A stretch of DNA of 64,000 nt, taken from assembly GCF_945882885.1 (NCBI RefSeq), contig NZ_CAMCWT010000005.1:18590-82589 (forward strand), read 5' to 3'. Positions 41,782-50,803 of this stretch are shown piece after piece (positions within the stretch are counted from its first letter, which is position 1; every line of letters starts with the position of its first letter). The notes under the pieces are model-generated. The model ran no database searches, had not been told where the DNA came from, and was given only the letters and a program-made list of their open reading frames with translations. Made by a program: the position numbers and the translations under genes. Origin of the DNA: Sandarakinorhabdus limnophila DSM 17366. GTDB lineage: Bacteria > Pseudomonadota > Alphaproteobacteria > Sphingomonadales > Sphingomonadaceae.

Positions 41782-42608
41782 CTAACCGTTCAACCGCGCT
41801 TCGTGCCAGTGCAGGTGATCGGCGACGAAGCTCTGCACGAACCAATAGCCATGGTCGTATCCGGCGTGGCGGCGAAGCGTCAGCGGGATGCTGGCGTGGG
41901 CACAGGCGACTTCCAGCAGTTCCGGGCGCAACTGTTCGGCCAGGAACGCGTCTGCTTCGCCCTGATCGACCAGCAGTTCGGCTACCTTTGCGCCGCCATC
42001 GATCAACGCGCAGGCGTCATGCGCCGCGTGCGCCGCCGGATCATCGCCCAAATAGGCCGGCAGCGCCTTTTGCCCCCATGGCACCTGGGTCGGCGCGACG
42101 ATGGGCGCAAAGGCTGACACGCTACGAAACACGCCCGGATGCTTCAACGCCAGCGTGAGCGCGCCGTGGCCACCCATACTGTGCCCAGTGATGCCCTGCC
42201 GAGCCATGTCGGCCGAGAAATGCGCCGCGATCAAGCGAGGCAGTTCGTCGATCAGCCACGTCCGCATCCGGAAATTCGCTGCCCACGGTTGTTGCGTGGC
42301 ATCGAGGTAGAAGCTCGCCGCCTGCCCCATGTCCCACGCCGGATCATCGGCCACAGCTTCGCCGCGCGGACTTGTATCGGGCGTCACCAGCATCAGGCCC
42401 AGTTCCGCCGCAAGACGCTGGGCGCCGGCCTTGATGGCAAACGTCTCTTCGGTGCAGGTCAGTCCGGCAAGGCACCACAGCACCGGGAATGGCCCCTTCC
42501 CCGGTGGCACGAATACGCCGAAACGCATCGCCGTGCCGGTGCTGCTGCTGGCATGGCTGTGAAAACTCTGCACCCCGCCATGGCAGGCGGCGCGGCTCAG
42601 CGTTTCCA

Positions 42609-42609
<1 letters not shown>
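41782..42609 (-). CDS. fghA: S-formylglutathione hydrolase (esterase D)
   Basis: 275 aa from the ATG at 42609: [21 protein letters not shown]...[10 protein letters not shown]...[10 protein letters not shown]. The 554-aa track ORF is an out-of-frame-overlapping extension. Confidence 0.9.
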
Positions 42610-43718
<1,109 letters not shown>

Positions 43719-43767
43719 GAAGAATCCCCTGATGAATGTGGGCCACACCTGCCGCCAAAGCCGCGCT

Positions 43768-43782
43768 TTGCCAAGGTGGCAA
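43768..43782. promoter_or_regulatory. perfect inverted repeat TTGCC-N5-GGCAA in the frmA/infA divergent intergenic region
   Basis: TTGCCAAGGTGGCAA lies 50 nt upstream of the frmA start and is followed by TTGCAATTTTGCA. It is a candidate operator; no known motif is assigned. Confidence 0.3.
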
Positions 43783-43898
43783 GGTTGCAATTTTGCATGG
43801 TTCAGGTCATGGGGCAGGCCAGTCGCGGCGAACCACCACCGGCGGCACGCTTAACACAGGATCATTCATGCAGTTTGCCAGCGGGATTCAGGCTTAAC

Positions 43899-44159
43899 AT
43901 GCCGAAAGAGGAAATCATCCGGATCGAAGGTGAAATCACCGAAATCCTGCCCGACGGGCGTTTCCGCGTGAAGCTGGAAAACGAGCACGAGATCATCGCC
44001 TACACCGCCGGCAAGATGCGCAAGAACCGCATCCGTTCCATCGTGGGCGACCGCGTTCATGTGGAAATGACGCCCTATGATCTGGACAAGGGCCGCATCG
44101 TGTTCCGTGAGAAGACCACGCCGATGCCGATGAATCAGCGGCGTTTCTTCCGCCGCTGA
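43899..44159 (+). CDS. infA: translation initiation factor IF-1 with a C-terminal basic extension
   Basis: 86 aa: [70 protein letters not shown] plus [16 protein letters not shown]. The track shows it only as the tail of a 556-aa artefact ORF. Confidence 0.9.
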   Translation: MPKEEIIRIEGEITEILPDGRFRVKLENEHEIIAYTAGKMRKNRIRSIVGDRVHVEMTPYDLDKGRIVFREKTTPMPMNQRRFFRR

Positions 44160-44229
44160 TGACCTGGCATTGCTCCGGCCGGCCAGCATCAAACCCGGCG
44201 TAACCTGCGACTGTCTTTCAAATTAACCA

Positions 44230-44279
44230 AAACCACGACATAAATGTCGCGTTGCAACATTTATGTATTACGGTGGTTT
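44230..44279 (+). promoter_or_regulatory. AT-rich composite hairpin / twin palindromic boxes downstream of infA
   Basis: GACATAAATGTC (44237-44248) and ACATTTATGT (44257-44266) are each palindromic and are reverse complements of each other. The flanking AAACCAC (44230-44236) pairs with GTGGTTT (44273-44279). This could be a twin operator, or an RNA hairpin (infA terminator or 5' leader). Confidence 0.4.
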
Positions 44280-44313
44280 ATGGCTCGGTACATTGTTTCT
44301 GCGTTAAAGGCTG

Positions 44314-44613
44314 TTGCCCCCCCCGACAGGTGCGGTGCTCGATCGCATCCTTGGCCCGGGCTGGATAGCCACGCCGTCCTCCCTGCTCGATCTGATGGCC
44401 GATGGCAGTCATGAATTCGTGCTTGATGGTGGCAGCCATTCACTGGCGGCTCGGCGCGACCCGGTCGGCAATATCGCCATCTTAGTGGTCGACAATCAGG
44501 GCCGCGAAGTGGAGCCGAGCAGCCTGCCGCACTGGCAGATGGAAATGCACCGCGGCACCCAAGTGAAGGCGCAAAGCTGGTGGCAGCGCCTGCTCGACCC
44601 AGACGCCCGCTGA
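44314..44613 (+). CDS. hypothetical protein (orphan; start uncertain)
   Basis: 99 aa from the TTG at 44314. Alternative starts are the GTG at 44335 and the ATG at 44395. Third codon positions are GC-rich as in the neighbouring genes. I recognise no family. Confidence 0.5.
   Translation: MPPPTGAVLDRILGPGWIATPSSLLDLMADGSHEFVLDGGSHSLAARRDPVGNIAILVVDNQGREVEPSSLPHWQMEMHRGTQVKAQSWWQRLLDPDAR
44317..44324 (+). repeat. C8 homopolymer tract
   Basis: Eight consecutive C residues, the longest homopolymer I noticed in the window. It lies at the extreme 5' end of the orphan ORF 44314..44613. Confidence 0.9.
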
Positions 44614-44631
44614 TCAGCCCGATTACCCTGA

Positions 44632-45087
44632 TTACCGACGCACGCGATCGCCCGGCTTCAGCCCGATCCGTTCCGCTTCACCCGCCGCCAGTTCGATCAC
44701 GTCAGCCGTGACCCCGGCGGAATCGAGCACCTCGCGCGAATAAGGCTGGCCACGCCGCACGTTCAGCACCCGCCCCGCTGCAGAGACATAAATGATGTCC
44801 AGCGGCAGCGGCGTATTTTCCATCCAGAAACCGGTGGCGCGGGGGGGCTGCATCGGGAAGGCCATGCCCGTGCCCGGCGCCATGCGATCGCGGAACATCA
44901 TGCCGCAAGCCTGTTCTTCGGCCGTTGCCGCCACTTCGACCTTGTAGACGAACCGACCCTTGGCCGTTTGAAATGCCACAGGGACGATGCGCAAGCCGCT
45001 GTTGGGGCAAGTAGCAGCGGCTGCCGGTGCCAATGGCACCAGCGCGGCAAGACTGAACAGGAAGGCGGCGGAGCGTATGGAGTTCAT
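44632..45087 (-). CDS. exported DUF192 family protein
   Basis: Signal MNSIRSAAFLFSLAALVPLAPAAA and ...MFRDRMAPGTGMAFPM...TPLPLDIIYV. Its ATG at 45087 shares 1 nt with the csp stop. Confidence 0.75.
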   Translation of the reverse strand: MNSIRSAAFLFSLAALVPLAPAAAATCPNSGLRIVPVAFQTAKGRFVYKVEVAATAEEQACGMMFRDRMAPGTGMAFPMQPPRATGFWMENTPLPLDIIYVSAAGRVLNVRRGQPYSREVLDSAGVTADVIELAAGEAERIGLKPGDRVRR

Positions 45088-45647
45088 CACTCCGGCGTAT
45101 TAGCCGGTTGTGCCGCAACCGCCAATGGCCCCTTGTGCCCAGGTGCCACCCGCACTTCCAGGGCTTGCCCCGGCTGCAATTCACCCAGCCCGGCCATGCG
45201 CACGGTTTCCATGTGGATAAAAATGTCCTCGGTGGAGCCCGGCCGCACCATGAAACCATAGCCTTTCAGCCGGTTGAACCACTTCACCAGCGCCGGTTCG
45301 AACGGTCCGGCGGCGGCCAGCATGGCCTGCGGATTGACGCGATCGGCCGCGCGCGCGGCGGCGGTTTCCGGATCCGGACCCACGACAGTGGTGAGATCAA
45401 GATCGGTGATGCGCCGCGCCTGGCGGCCGCGATCCCGCGCGACCACAATGCAGGTAAGTGTCGCGCCTTCCGGCAAGGTGCGGCGACCCAGTTCGCGAAC
45501 CAGGCTGAAATGCACCAGCACATCCGCACCATCGCCCGCCGATGGCACCATGAACCCATAGCCGCGGACCGGATCGAACCACTTCATCGTGCCACGCACG
45601 ATGACTTCATCAGCGGCAAGCTGCGTCGCTTCTTCGGCGCCCTTCAT
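45087..45647 (-). CDS. cold-shock protein with two cold-shock domains
   Basis: Two CSD cores are present: GTMKWFDPVRGYGFMVP and ALVKWFNRLKGYGFMVR. ATG at 45647. Confidence 0.85.
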   Translation of the reverse strand: MKGAEEATQLAADEVIVRGTMKWFDPVRGYGFMVPSAGDGADVLVHFSLVRELGRRTLPEGATLTCIVVARDRGRQARRITDLDLTTVVGPDPETAAARAADRVNPQAMLAAAGPFEPALVKWFNRLKGYGFMVRPGSTEDIFIHMETVRMAGLGELQPGQALEVRVAPGHKGPLAVAAQPANTPE

Positions 45648-45830
45648 CAAAACCCCCAGACCCTACAACGCACGATACACACCCCGCAGCACACCAGACA
45701 TAGACAGATTATTAACGGATAGTTTTTAAATCGCAATAATGCTTTTCCGCTCATGATTGACTTGTCATGTGAAACTGGCATCGAAAGGGCACGATCGCAC
45801 CGCCACCGCCTTGAACTGGAAAGAGAGTTT

Positions 45831-46451
45831 ATGGACCTTGCAGGATCGGTGGAAATCGCCAGCCCGCGCCATGTATTGTGGGCGGCGTTGAATAATCCCG
45901 ATGTGCTGGCCCGCTGCATCGATGGCGTGGAGAGTTTGACCCGCACTGAAGCAGATACGCCGGTTTTCGATGGCGTCATGCAAGCCAAGGTGGGCCCGGT
46001 GCGTGCACGCTTCGCCGGCACTGTGCGGCTGGAAGATATCGTTGCGCCCGAGCGCTATCGCCTGGTGGGTGAAGGCAAGGGCGGAGTCGCCGGCTTTGCC
46101 AAGGGCAGCGCCGATGTCGTGCTCACCGAATTGAGCCCGGCCAAGACGCAACTGGATTATGTGGTGAAGGCCCAGGTGGGCGGCAAGCTGGCCCAGCTCG
46201 GCGCCCGGCTGGTGGAAGGTGCGGCAAAGCAATATGCCGAAGGCTTCTTCGCCAAACTGAAGGCCGAAGTAGAAGCACCGCCTGTCGACATCGTGGCGCT
46301 GGCGGCCGCGTCCGATCAGGCGGCAGCCGCCGAAGCGGAACCTGCCGCCGGTGGTCTGTCGCCCTTGGCCTGGGCCACCGGTCTCATCCTCGTCACGCTG
46401 CTTTTCCTGCTCTGGCAATGGTCCGGCGTGGGATCCGGAATGACGATGTGA
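45831..46451 (+). CDS. CoxG-like SRPBCC protein with a C-terminal membrane anchor
   Basis: 206 aa from the ATG at 45831: MDLAGSVEIASPRHVLWAALNNPDVLARCIDGVESL...GGKLAQLGARLVEGAAKQYAEGFF. The C-terminus is LSPLAWATGLILVTLLFLLWQW. Confidence 0.75.
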   Translation: MDLAGSVEIASPRHVLWAALNNPDVLARCIDGVESLTRTEADTPVFDGVMQAKVGPVRARFAGTVRLEDIVAPERYRLVGEGKGGVAGFAKGSADVVLTELSPAKTQLDYVVKAQVGGKLAQLGARLVEGAAKQYAEGFFAKLKAEVEAPPVDIVALAAASDQAAAAEAEPAAGGLSPLAWATGLILVTLLFLLWQWSGVGSGMTM

Positions 46452-47389
46452 CGGGCGTTGGCCGCGACGAGGATCTGACCACCCTGGCTACTGCGCTGGG
46501 GTGGATTCAGGCTGGTCATGGCGTGGCGATTGCCACCGTCATCACGACCTGGGGATCAGCCCCGCGCCGCGAAGGCAGCCATCTTGCCATCCGCGCCGAT
46601 GGCCTGTTCGAAGGCAGCGTTTCCGGCGGCTGTGTCGAAGCCGATGTGATCCTGGCGGCGCAAGACATGATATCCGCGCAGGCCGGCCACGCCGTGCTGG
46701 ATTATGGTGTGGCCGACACGGTGGCGTGGACGGCGGGGCTGGCATGCGGTGGGCGCATATCGATCCTGGTGCAACGATTCGCCGATGATGCACTGCCGCC
46801 GGCGCTCGTTGCCAATGTGCTGGCAGCCACATCTGCCGGACGCATGGCGGCGATCAGCAGCGATCCTGCCACCGGGCGCGCCGTTGCCGGAGAAGTCGGC
46901 CCGTTCGTGCGCCGCTATCCGCCCCCGCGCCGGCTGTTCATCATCGGCGCCGTGCACATCGCGCAGGCGCTGGTGCCGTTGGCCGACGGGCTGGGCGTGG
47001 TGCCAACGGTGATCGATCCACGCGGGTTATTTGCCGCCGATGCGCGCTTTGCCGGGCTGGAACTTGATCGCCGCTGGCCCGACGAGGCGCTCGATGGACT
47101 GCTCAACCCGGCGTCTGCCGTGGTCGCGCTTACCCATGATCCCAAGATCGATGATGTGGCGCTGGCCGCAGCGTTGCGATCACCGGCCTATTATATCGCG
47201 GCGCTGGGCAGCCGAAAAAATCACGCCGGACGGCTGGAACGGCTGGCGGCGCAAGGCTTTGGCCCGGATGATCTGGCTCGTATCCATGGCCCGGCTGGCC
47301 TTGCCATCGGTGCCACCGGCCCCGCCGAAATTGCGCTCTCCATCGCCGCGCAGATGACTGCGGCATGGAGAAACGCGCTCACGTCATGA
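46448..47389 (+). CDS. XdhC-family molybdenum cofactor insertion chaperone
   Basis: The GTG at 46448 overlaps the coxG stop (GTGA). Sequence: ...GVAIATVITTWGSAPRREGSHLAI...GSVSGGCVE..., with a Rossmann-like second half (LFIIGAVHIAQAL). Confidence 0.8.
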   Translation: MTGVGRDEDLTTLATALGWIQAGHGVAIATVITTWGSAPRREGSHLAIRADGLFEGSVSGGCVEADVILAAQDMISAQAGHAVLDYGVADTVAWTAGLACGGRISILVQRFADDALPPALVANVLAATSAGRMAAISSDPATGRAVAGEVGPFVRRYPPPRRLFIIGAVHIAQALVPLADGLGVVPTVIDPRGLFAADARFAGLELDRRWPDEALDGLLNPASAVVALTHDPKIDDVALAAALRSPAYYIAALGSRKNHAGRLERLAAQGFGPDDLARIHGPAGLAIGATGPAEIALSIAAQMTAAWRNALTS

Positions 47390-48954
47390 AGTTCGGGCCG
47401 GTTCCGCTGGCACAGGCCGAAGGGGCCTTGCTGGCGCACGGGCAGCAGATCGGCCAGCGCCGCCTGCCCAAGGGCCATGTTCTGGACGCTGCCGATCTCG
47501 CCGATGCCGCTGCGGCAGGCGTTATCGAATTGGTCGTTGCCCGGCTGGAGCCCAGCGACGTGGCCGAGGATGACGCCGCCGCTGCGCTGGCCGCAGCACT
47601 GGCCGGGCCGGGGTTGGCGGCGTTGGTGCCGGTGCACGGCCGCGTCAATCTTGCCGCCACCGCCGCTGGCCTGTTCACTGCCCCGCCCGGCATGGTGGCT
47701 GCGGTCAATGCTGTCGATGAAGCCCTCACCCTCGCCACGCTGCCCACCGGCACGCGGGTGGCGGCAGGTACCATCGTCGCCACCATCAAGACGATCAATT
47801 ATGCCGTCACCGGCGACGCGCTGGGCGCCGCCATCGCCGCCGCGCGTCCGTTGATGGTGGCGGCCTTCCGGCCCCTATCCATCGCGCTGATTGCCACCAC
47901 CCTGCCCGGCACCAGCGCCAAGGTGCTCGCCAAGCTGGAGCGGGTGACGGCCGCGCGGATCACGGCGCTGGGCAGCCGGATGGAAATGCTGCCGCCCTGC
48001 CCGCACGATGTGGCTGCGCTGGCCTCTCAGCTGACCCGATGCAGTGCCGATCTTCTTTTGGTCGCCGGCGCATCGGCCACGGTCGATCGCGGTGACGTGA
48101 TCCCACAGGCCATTATTGCGGCAGGCGGCACGGTAGAACGGCTGGGCATGCCGGTCGATCCCGGCAATCTGCTGGTGCTGGGCACGCTGGCTGGCCGCCC
48201 GGTGATCAGCCTGCCCGGTTGCGCCAAGAGCCCCAAGCGCAACGGCCTCGATCTGGTGCTGGAACGCCTCGCCGCTGACTTGGCCGTAAACGCAGAGACG
48301 ATCGCCGCCATGGGTGACGGCGGCCTTTTGCCCGAAGCCGAACGGCCGGAACCGCGGGCGGTCGCCAGCGCGCCGGGCCGGGTTGGCGCAATACTGCTCG
48401 CCGCCGGCCGCTCCAGCCGCTTTGGTGCCGGCCACAAATTGCTGGCACCCTGGCGCGGCAAGCCCTTGGTGGCACACGCTGTGGATGCGATCGCCGCCGC
48501 CGGGCTGCCACCGCCGATCGTGGTGCTGGGCCATGATGAAGCAGCGGTGCGCACTGCGCTGGCCGGGCATGATGTGCAGTTCGTTACGGCGCCCGACTGG
48601 GCCGAGGGTATGGGTCGCAGCCTGGCGGCCGGCATCGCAGCCGTGCCTGCCGATTGGGATGCAGCACTGATTTGCCTGGGCGACATGCCTGCCGTGGAAC
48701 CCGCGCTGATTGACGCGCTGGCGGCCACGCCGGGAGAGCTGGTGGTGCCGCTGTGGGATGGCCGTCGCGGCCACCCGGCGCGTTGGCCACGCGCAGCTTT
48801 TACCCGCCTGATGGCCCTGACCGGCGACAACGGCGGCAAGGCAGCCATGGCCGATTTCACCGTCACCGAAGTCGCGGCACCATCGGCCGCGTGCCTTGTC
48901 GATATCGACACCCCCACCGCACTGGCGGAATTGGCCGCAGGAGAAGCAGGATGA
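47386..48954 (+). CDS. fusion of a molybdopterin-binding (MoeA/CinA-type) domain and a MocA-type nucleotidyltransferase
   Basis: The ATG at 47386 overlaps the xdhC stop (ATGA). The N-terminal part has LLVAGASATVDRGDVIP...GMPVDPGNLLVLG. The C-terminal part has GAILLAAGRSSRFGAGHKLL...LGDMP. Confidence 0.75.
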   Translation: MKFGPVPLAQAEGALLAHGQQIGQRRLPKGHVLDAADLADAAAAGVIELVVARLEPSDVAEDDAAAALAAALAGPGLAALVPVHGRVNLAATAAGLFTAPPGMVAAVNAVDEALTLATLPTGTRVAAGTIVATIKTINYAVTGDALGAAIAAARPLMVAAFRPLSIALIATTLPGTSAKVLAKLERVTAARITALGSRMEMLPPCPHDVAALASQLTRCSADLLLVAGASATVDRGDVIPQAIIAAGGTVERLGMPVDPGNLLVLGTLAGRPVISLPGCAKSPKRNGLDLVLERLAADLAVNAETIAAMGDGGLLPEAERPEPRAVASAPGRVGAILLAAGRSSRFGAGHKLLAPWRGKPLVAHAVDAIAAAGLPPPIVVLGHDEAAVRTALAGHDVQFVTAPDWAEGMGRSLAAGIAAVPADWDAALICLGDMPAVEPALIDALAATPGELVVPLWDGRRGHPARWPRAAFTRLMALTGDNGGKAAMADFTVTEVAAPSAACLVDIDTPTALAELAAGEAG

Positions 48955-49856
48955 CCGAGACGCAACCGACCCAGGTGATTATCGCGCTTTATGATCGCTT
49001 CACCCATGTCGGCGACCTCAGCCGGCGGGATATGGTAGCGCAAATGGCGCGGCTGGCCGGTGGCACAGCGGCGGCCAACGCCCTGCTCGGCCTGATTGCG
49101 GCGCGCGCCGATGCGGCGCCCCTGGTGGCGGATGATGATGCGCGCATCAAGGTGGGCGATGTGCGCTTTTCCGTTGGGGCTGGCCGGGAAATGTCGGGAT
49201 ACCTCGCCGAACCGGCCAAGGGCGCGGCCGCGGCGCCGCGCGTGCTCGTCATTCACGAGAACCGCGGGCTTAACGATCATATCCGCGATGTTGCCCGCCG
49301 CCTTGCCGCCGAAGGCCTGGTGGCGCTGGCCGCTGATTTCCTGGCGCCAAACGGCGGCACGCCAACGCTGGGTGACGGCACAATCAGCGCCGAGGACACG
49401 GCGCGCACCATGATCGGTGCGCTCGATCGCCAGCAAACGGTGGCCGATGGCGTCGCCACGCTGAAATGGCTGGCTGCAAGTGCCCCAGGCAAGGGTGCGC
49501 CGGGCGCGGTAGGCTTCTGCTGGGGCGGCGGCATGGTCAACGCGCTGGCGGTGGCCGCCGGCCCGGCCTTGCGTGCTGGCGCGGCTTATTATGGCGCGGC
49601 GCCGCAGGACGTGTCCGACGCAACGCGGGTGAAGGCGCGGTTGATGCTGCATTATGCCGGCCTGGATGAGCGGATCAACGCCATGGGCCCGGCCTGGCAG
49701 GCCGCACTCACCGCCGCCGGGGTGCGGTTCGAGGCCCATACCTATCCGGGCGTCAATCACGCCTTCAACAACGACACCTCGCCCGCCCGCTATGACAAGG
49801 CGGCTGCCGATCTGGCCTGGCAGCGCACGCTGGCACTGCTGAAATCCGGCGGTTGA
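48951..49856 (+). CDS. dienelactone hydrolase family protein with a twin-arginine-like leader
   Basis: The ATG at 48951 overlaps the upstream stop (ATGA). Leader: ...YDRFTHVGDLSRRDMVAQMARLAGGTAAANALLGLIAARADA. Catalytic region: VGFCWGGG. Confidence 0.8.
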   Translation: MTETQPTQVIIALYDRFTHVGDLSRRDMVAQMARLAGGTAAANALLGLIAARADAAPLVADDDARIKVGDVRFSVGAGREMSGYLAEPAKGAAAAPRVLVIHENRGLNDHIRDVARRLAAEGLVALAADFLAPNGGTPTLGDGTISAEDTARTMIGALDRQQTVADGVATLKWLAASAPGKGAPGAVGFCWGGGMVNALAVAAGPALRAGAAYYGAAPQDVSDATRVKARLMLHYAGLDERINAMGPAWQAALTAAGVRFEAHTYPGVNHAFNNDTSPARYDKAAADLAWQRTLALLKSGG

Positions 49857-49861
49857 TTATC

Positions 49862-49871
49862 TGCAATTGCA
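49862..49871. promoter_or_regulatory. perfect 10-bp palindrome TGCAATTGCA immediately upstream of the MarR gene
   Basis: It lies in the 24-nt gap between the hydrolase stop (49856) and the MarR start (49881). It is a candidate MarR auto-operator. Confidence 0.35.
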
Positions 49872-49880
49872 TCTTATTCT

Positions 49881-50360
49881 GTGGGCATGAGCACAAGCCC
49901 ACCCGAGTCGCCTGCCTCCGCACTGCCGCCCGGTCCGGCGGCATTGTGCACAGCGGCCAAGGTGCGGCGGCTGTCGCGGCAAGTCAGCCAGATCTATGAC
50001 GACGCGCTCAACCTTCACGGACTGACCATCGGCCAGTTCGGCCTGCTTGCCTGCTTGTCGCGCCGGCGCGGACTGGCAATTGGCGCGCTTGCAGAGCGAC
50101 TGGCGGCTAATGCGTCGACCGTTTCGCGCCTGGTCAAACCCCTGGCCAGTGATGGCCTGCTGCGCATCGAGATCGACCCTGAAGACCGGCGCGGGCGCCT
50201 TGTGTGGCTCACCGACGTCGGCCACCAACGCCGCGCAGCCGCGCAGGCCGGCTGGCAAGCCGCGCAGGACGTGATGGAGCAGCGCCTGGGCGGCGGCCGG
50301 CTGGCGGCTTTGCGCTTCCTGCTCGATGAAAGCTACGAACGTCTGGAGATCGCAGAATGA
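49881..50360 (+). CDS. MarR family transcriptional regulator
   Basis: 159 aa (GTG at 49881, or ATG at 49887): ...GLTIGQFGLLACLSRRRGLAIGALAERLAANASTVSRLVKPLASDGLL (winged HTH). Confidence 0.85.
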   Translation: MGMSTSPPESPASALPPGPAALCTAAKVRRLSRQVSQIYDDALNLHGLTIGQFGLLACLSRRRGLAIGALAERLAANASTVSRLVKPLASDGLLRIEIDPEDRRGRLVWLTDVGHQRRAAAQAGWQAAQDVMEQRLGGGRLAALRFLLDESYERLEIAE

Positions 50361-50803
50361 CTGCAATTACACAGAAAGCTGACGGACTCACCCAGATGCG
50401 TGCGCTGGCCGCCAGCAAGGGTGGCAGCGGCATGGGCGCGCTGATGGCCATGGATGGCGGCGAGGCTGGCGAGGGCACGATGATCATGCACGCAGTCCCC
50501 GGCAGCCAGCACGGCAACCCTATCGGCATCGTCCACGGCGGCTTTGCGGCCACCCTGCTCGACAGCGCAATGAGCTGTGCCGTCCACACCACGCTCTCTG
50601 CCGAAGAGACTTATGTGACCACCGATCTGCATGTCAGTTTCGTACGGGCCATCACGCCCGCCACCGGCCGGGTGACCGCGCGTGGCGAAGTGGTGTCACG
50701 CGGGCGCCGGCTGGCGACGGCGCGTGGCACATTGGTGGACGCAAACGGCAAATTGCTGGCCACCGGCATCGCCACCTGCATGATCATGGGTGCTGGCGCA
50801 TGA
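50357..50803 (+). CDS. PaaI-family hotdog-fold thioesterase
   Basis: 148 aa with an ATGA overlap with the MarR gene. Sequence: NPIGIVHGGFAATLLDSAMSCAV. Confidence 0.8.
   Translation: MTAITQKADGLTQMRALAASKGGSGMGALMAMDGGEAGEGTMIMHAVPGSQHGNPIGIVHGGFAATLLDSAMSCAVHTTLSAEETYVTTDLHVSFVRAITPATGRVTARGEVVSRGRRLATARGTLVDANGKLLATGIATCMIMGAGA

Noticed and set aside
43777-43789. TGGCAAGGTTGCA, resembling a sigma-54 -24/-12 element.
   Set aside because: The GG-to-GC spacing is 7 nt instead of the required 10, so it does not fit the TGGCAC-N5-TTGC consensus.
48027-49760. 577-aa ORF on the - strand.
   Set aside because: It is antisense to the MocA-fusion and dienelactone hydrolase genes, which have clear motifs and coupled starts on the + strand.
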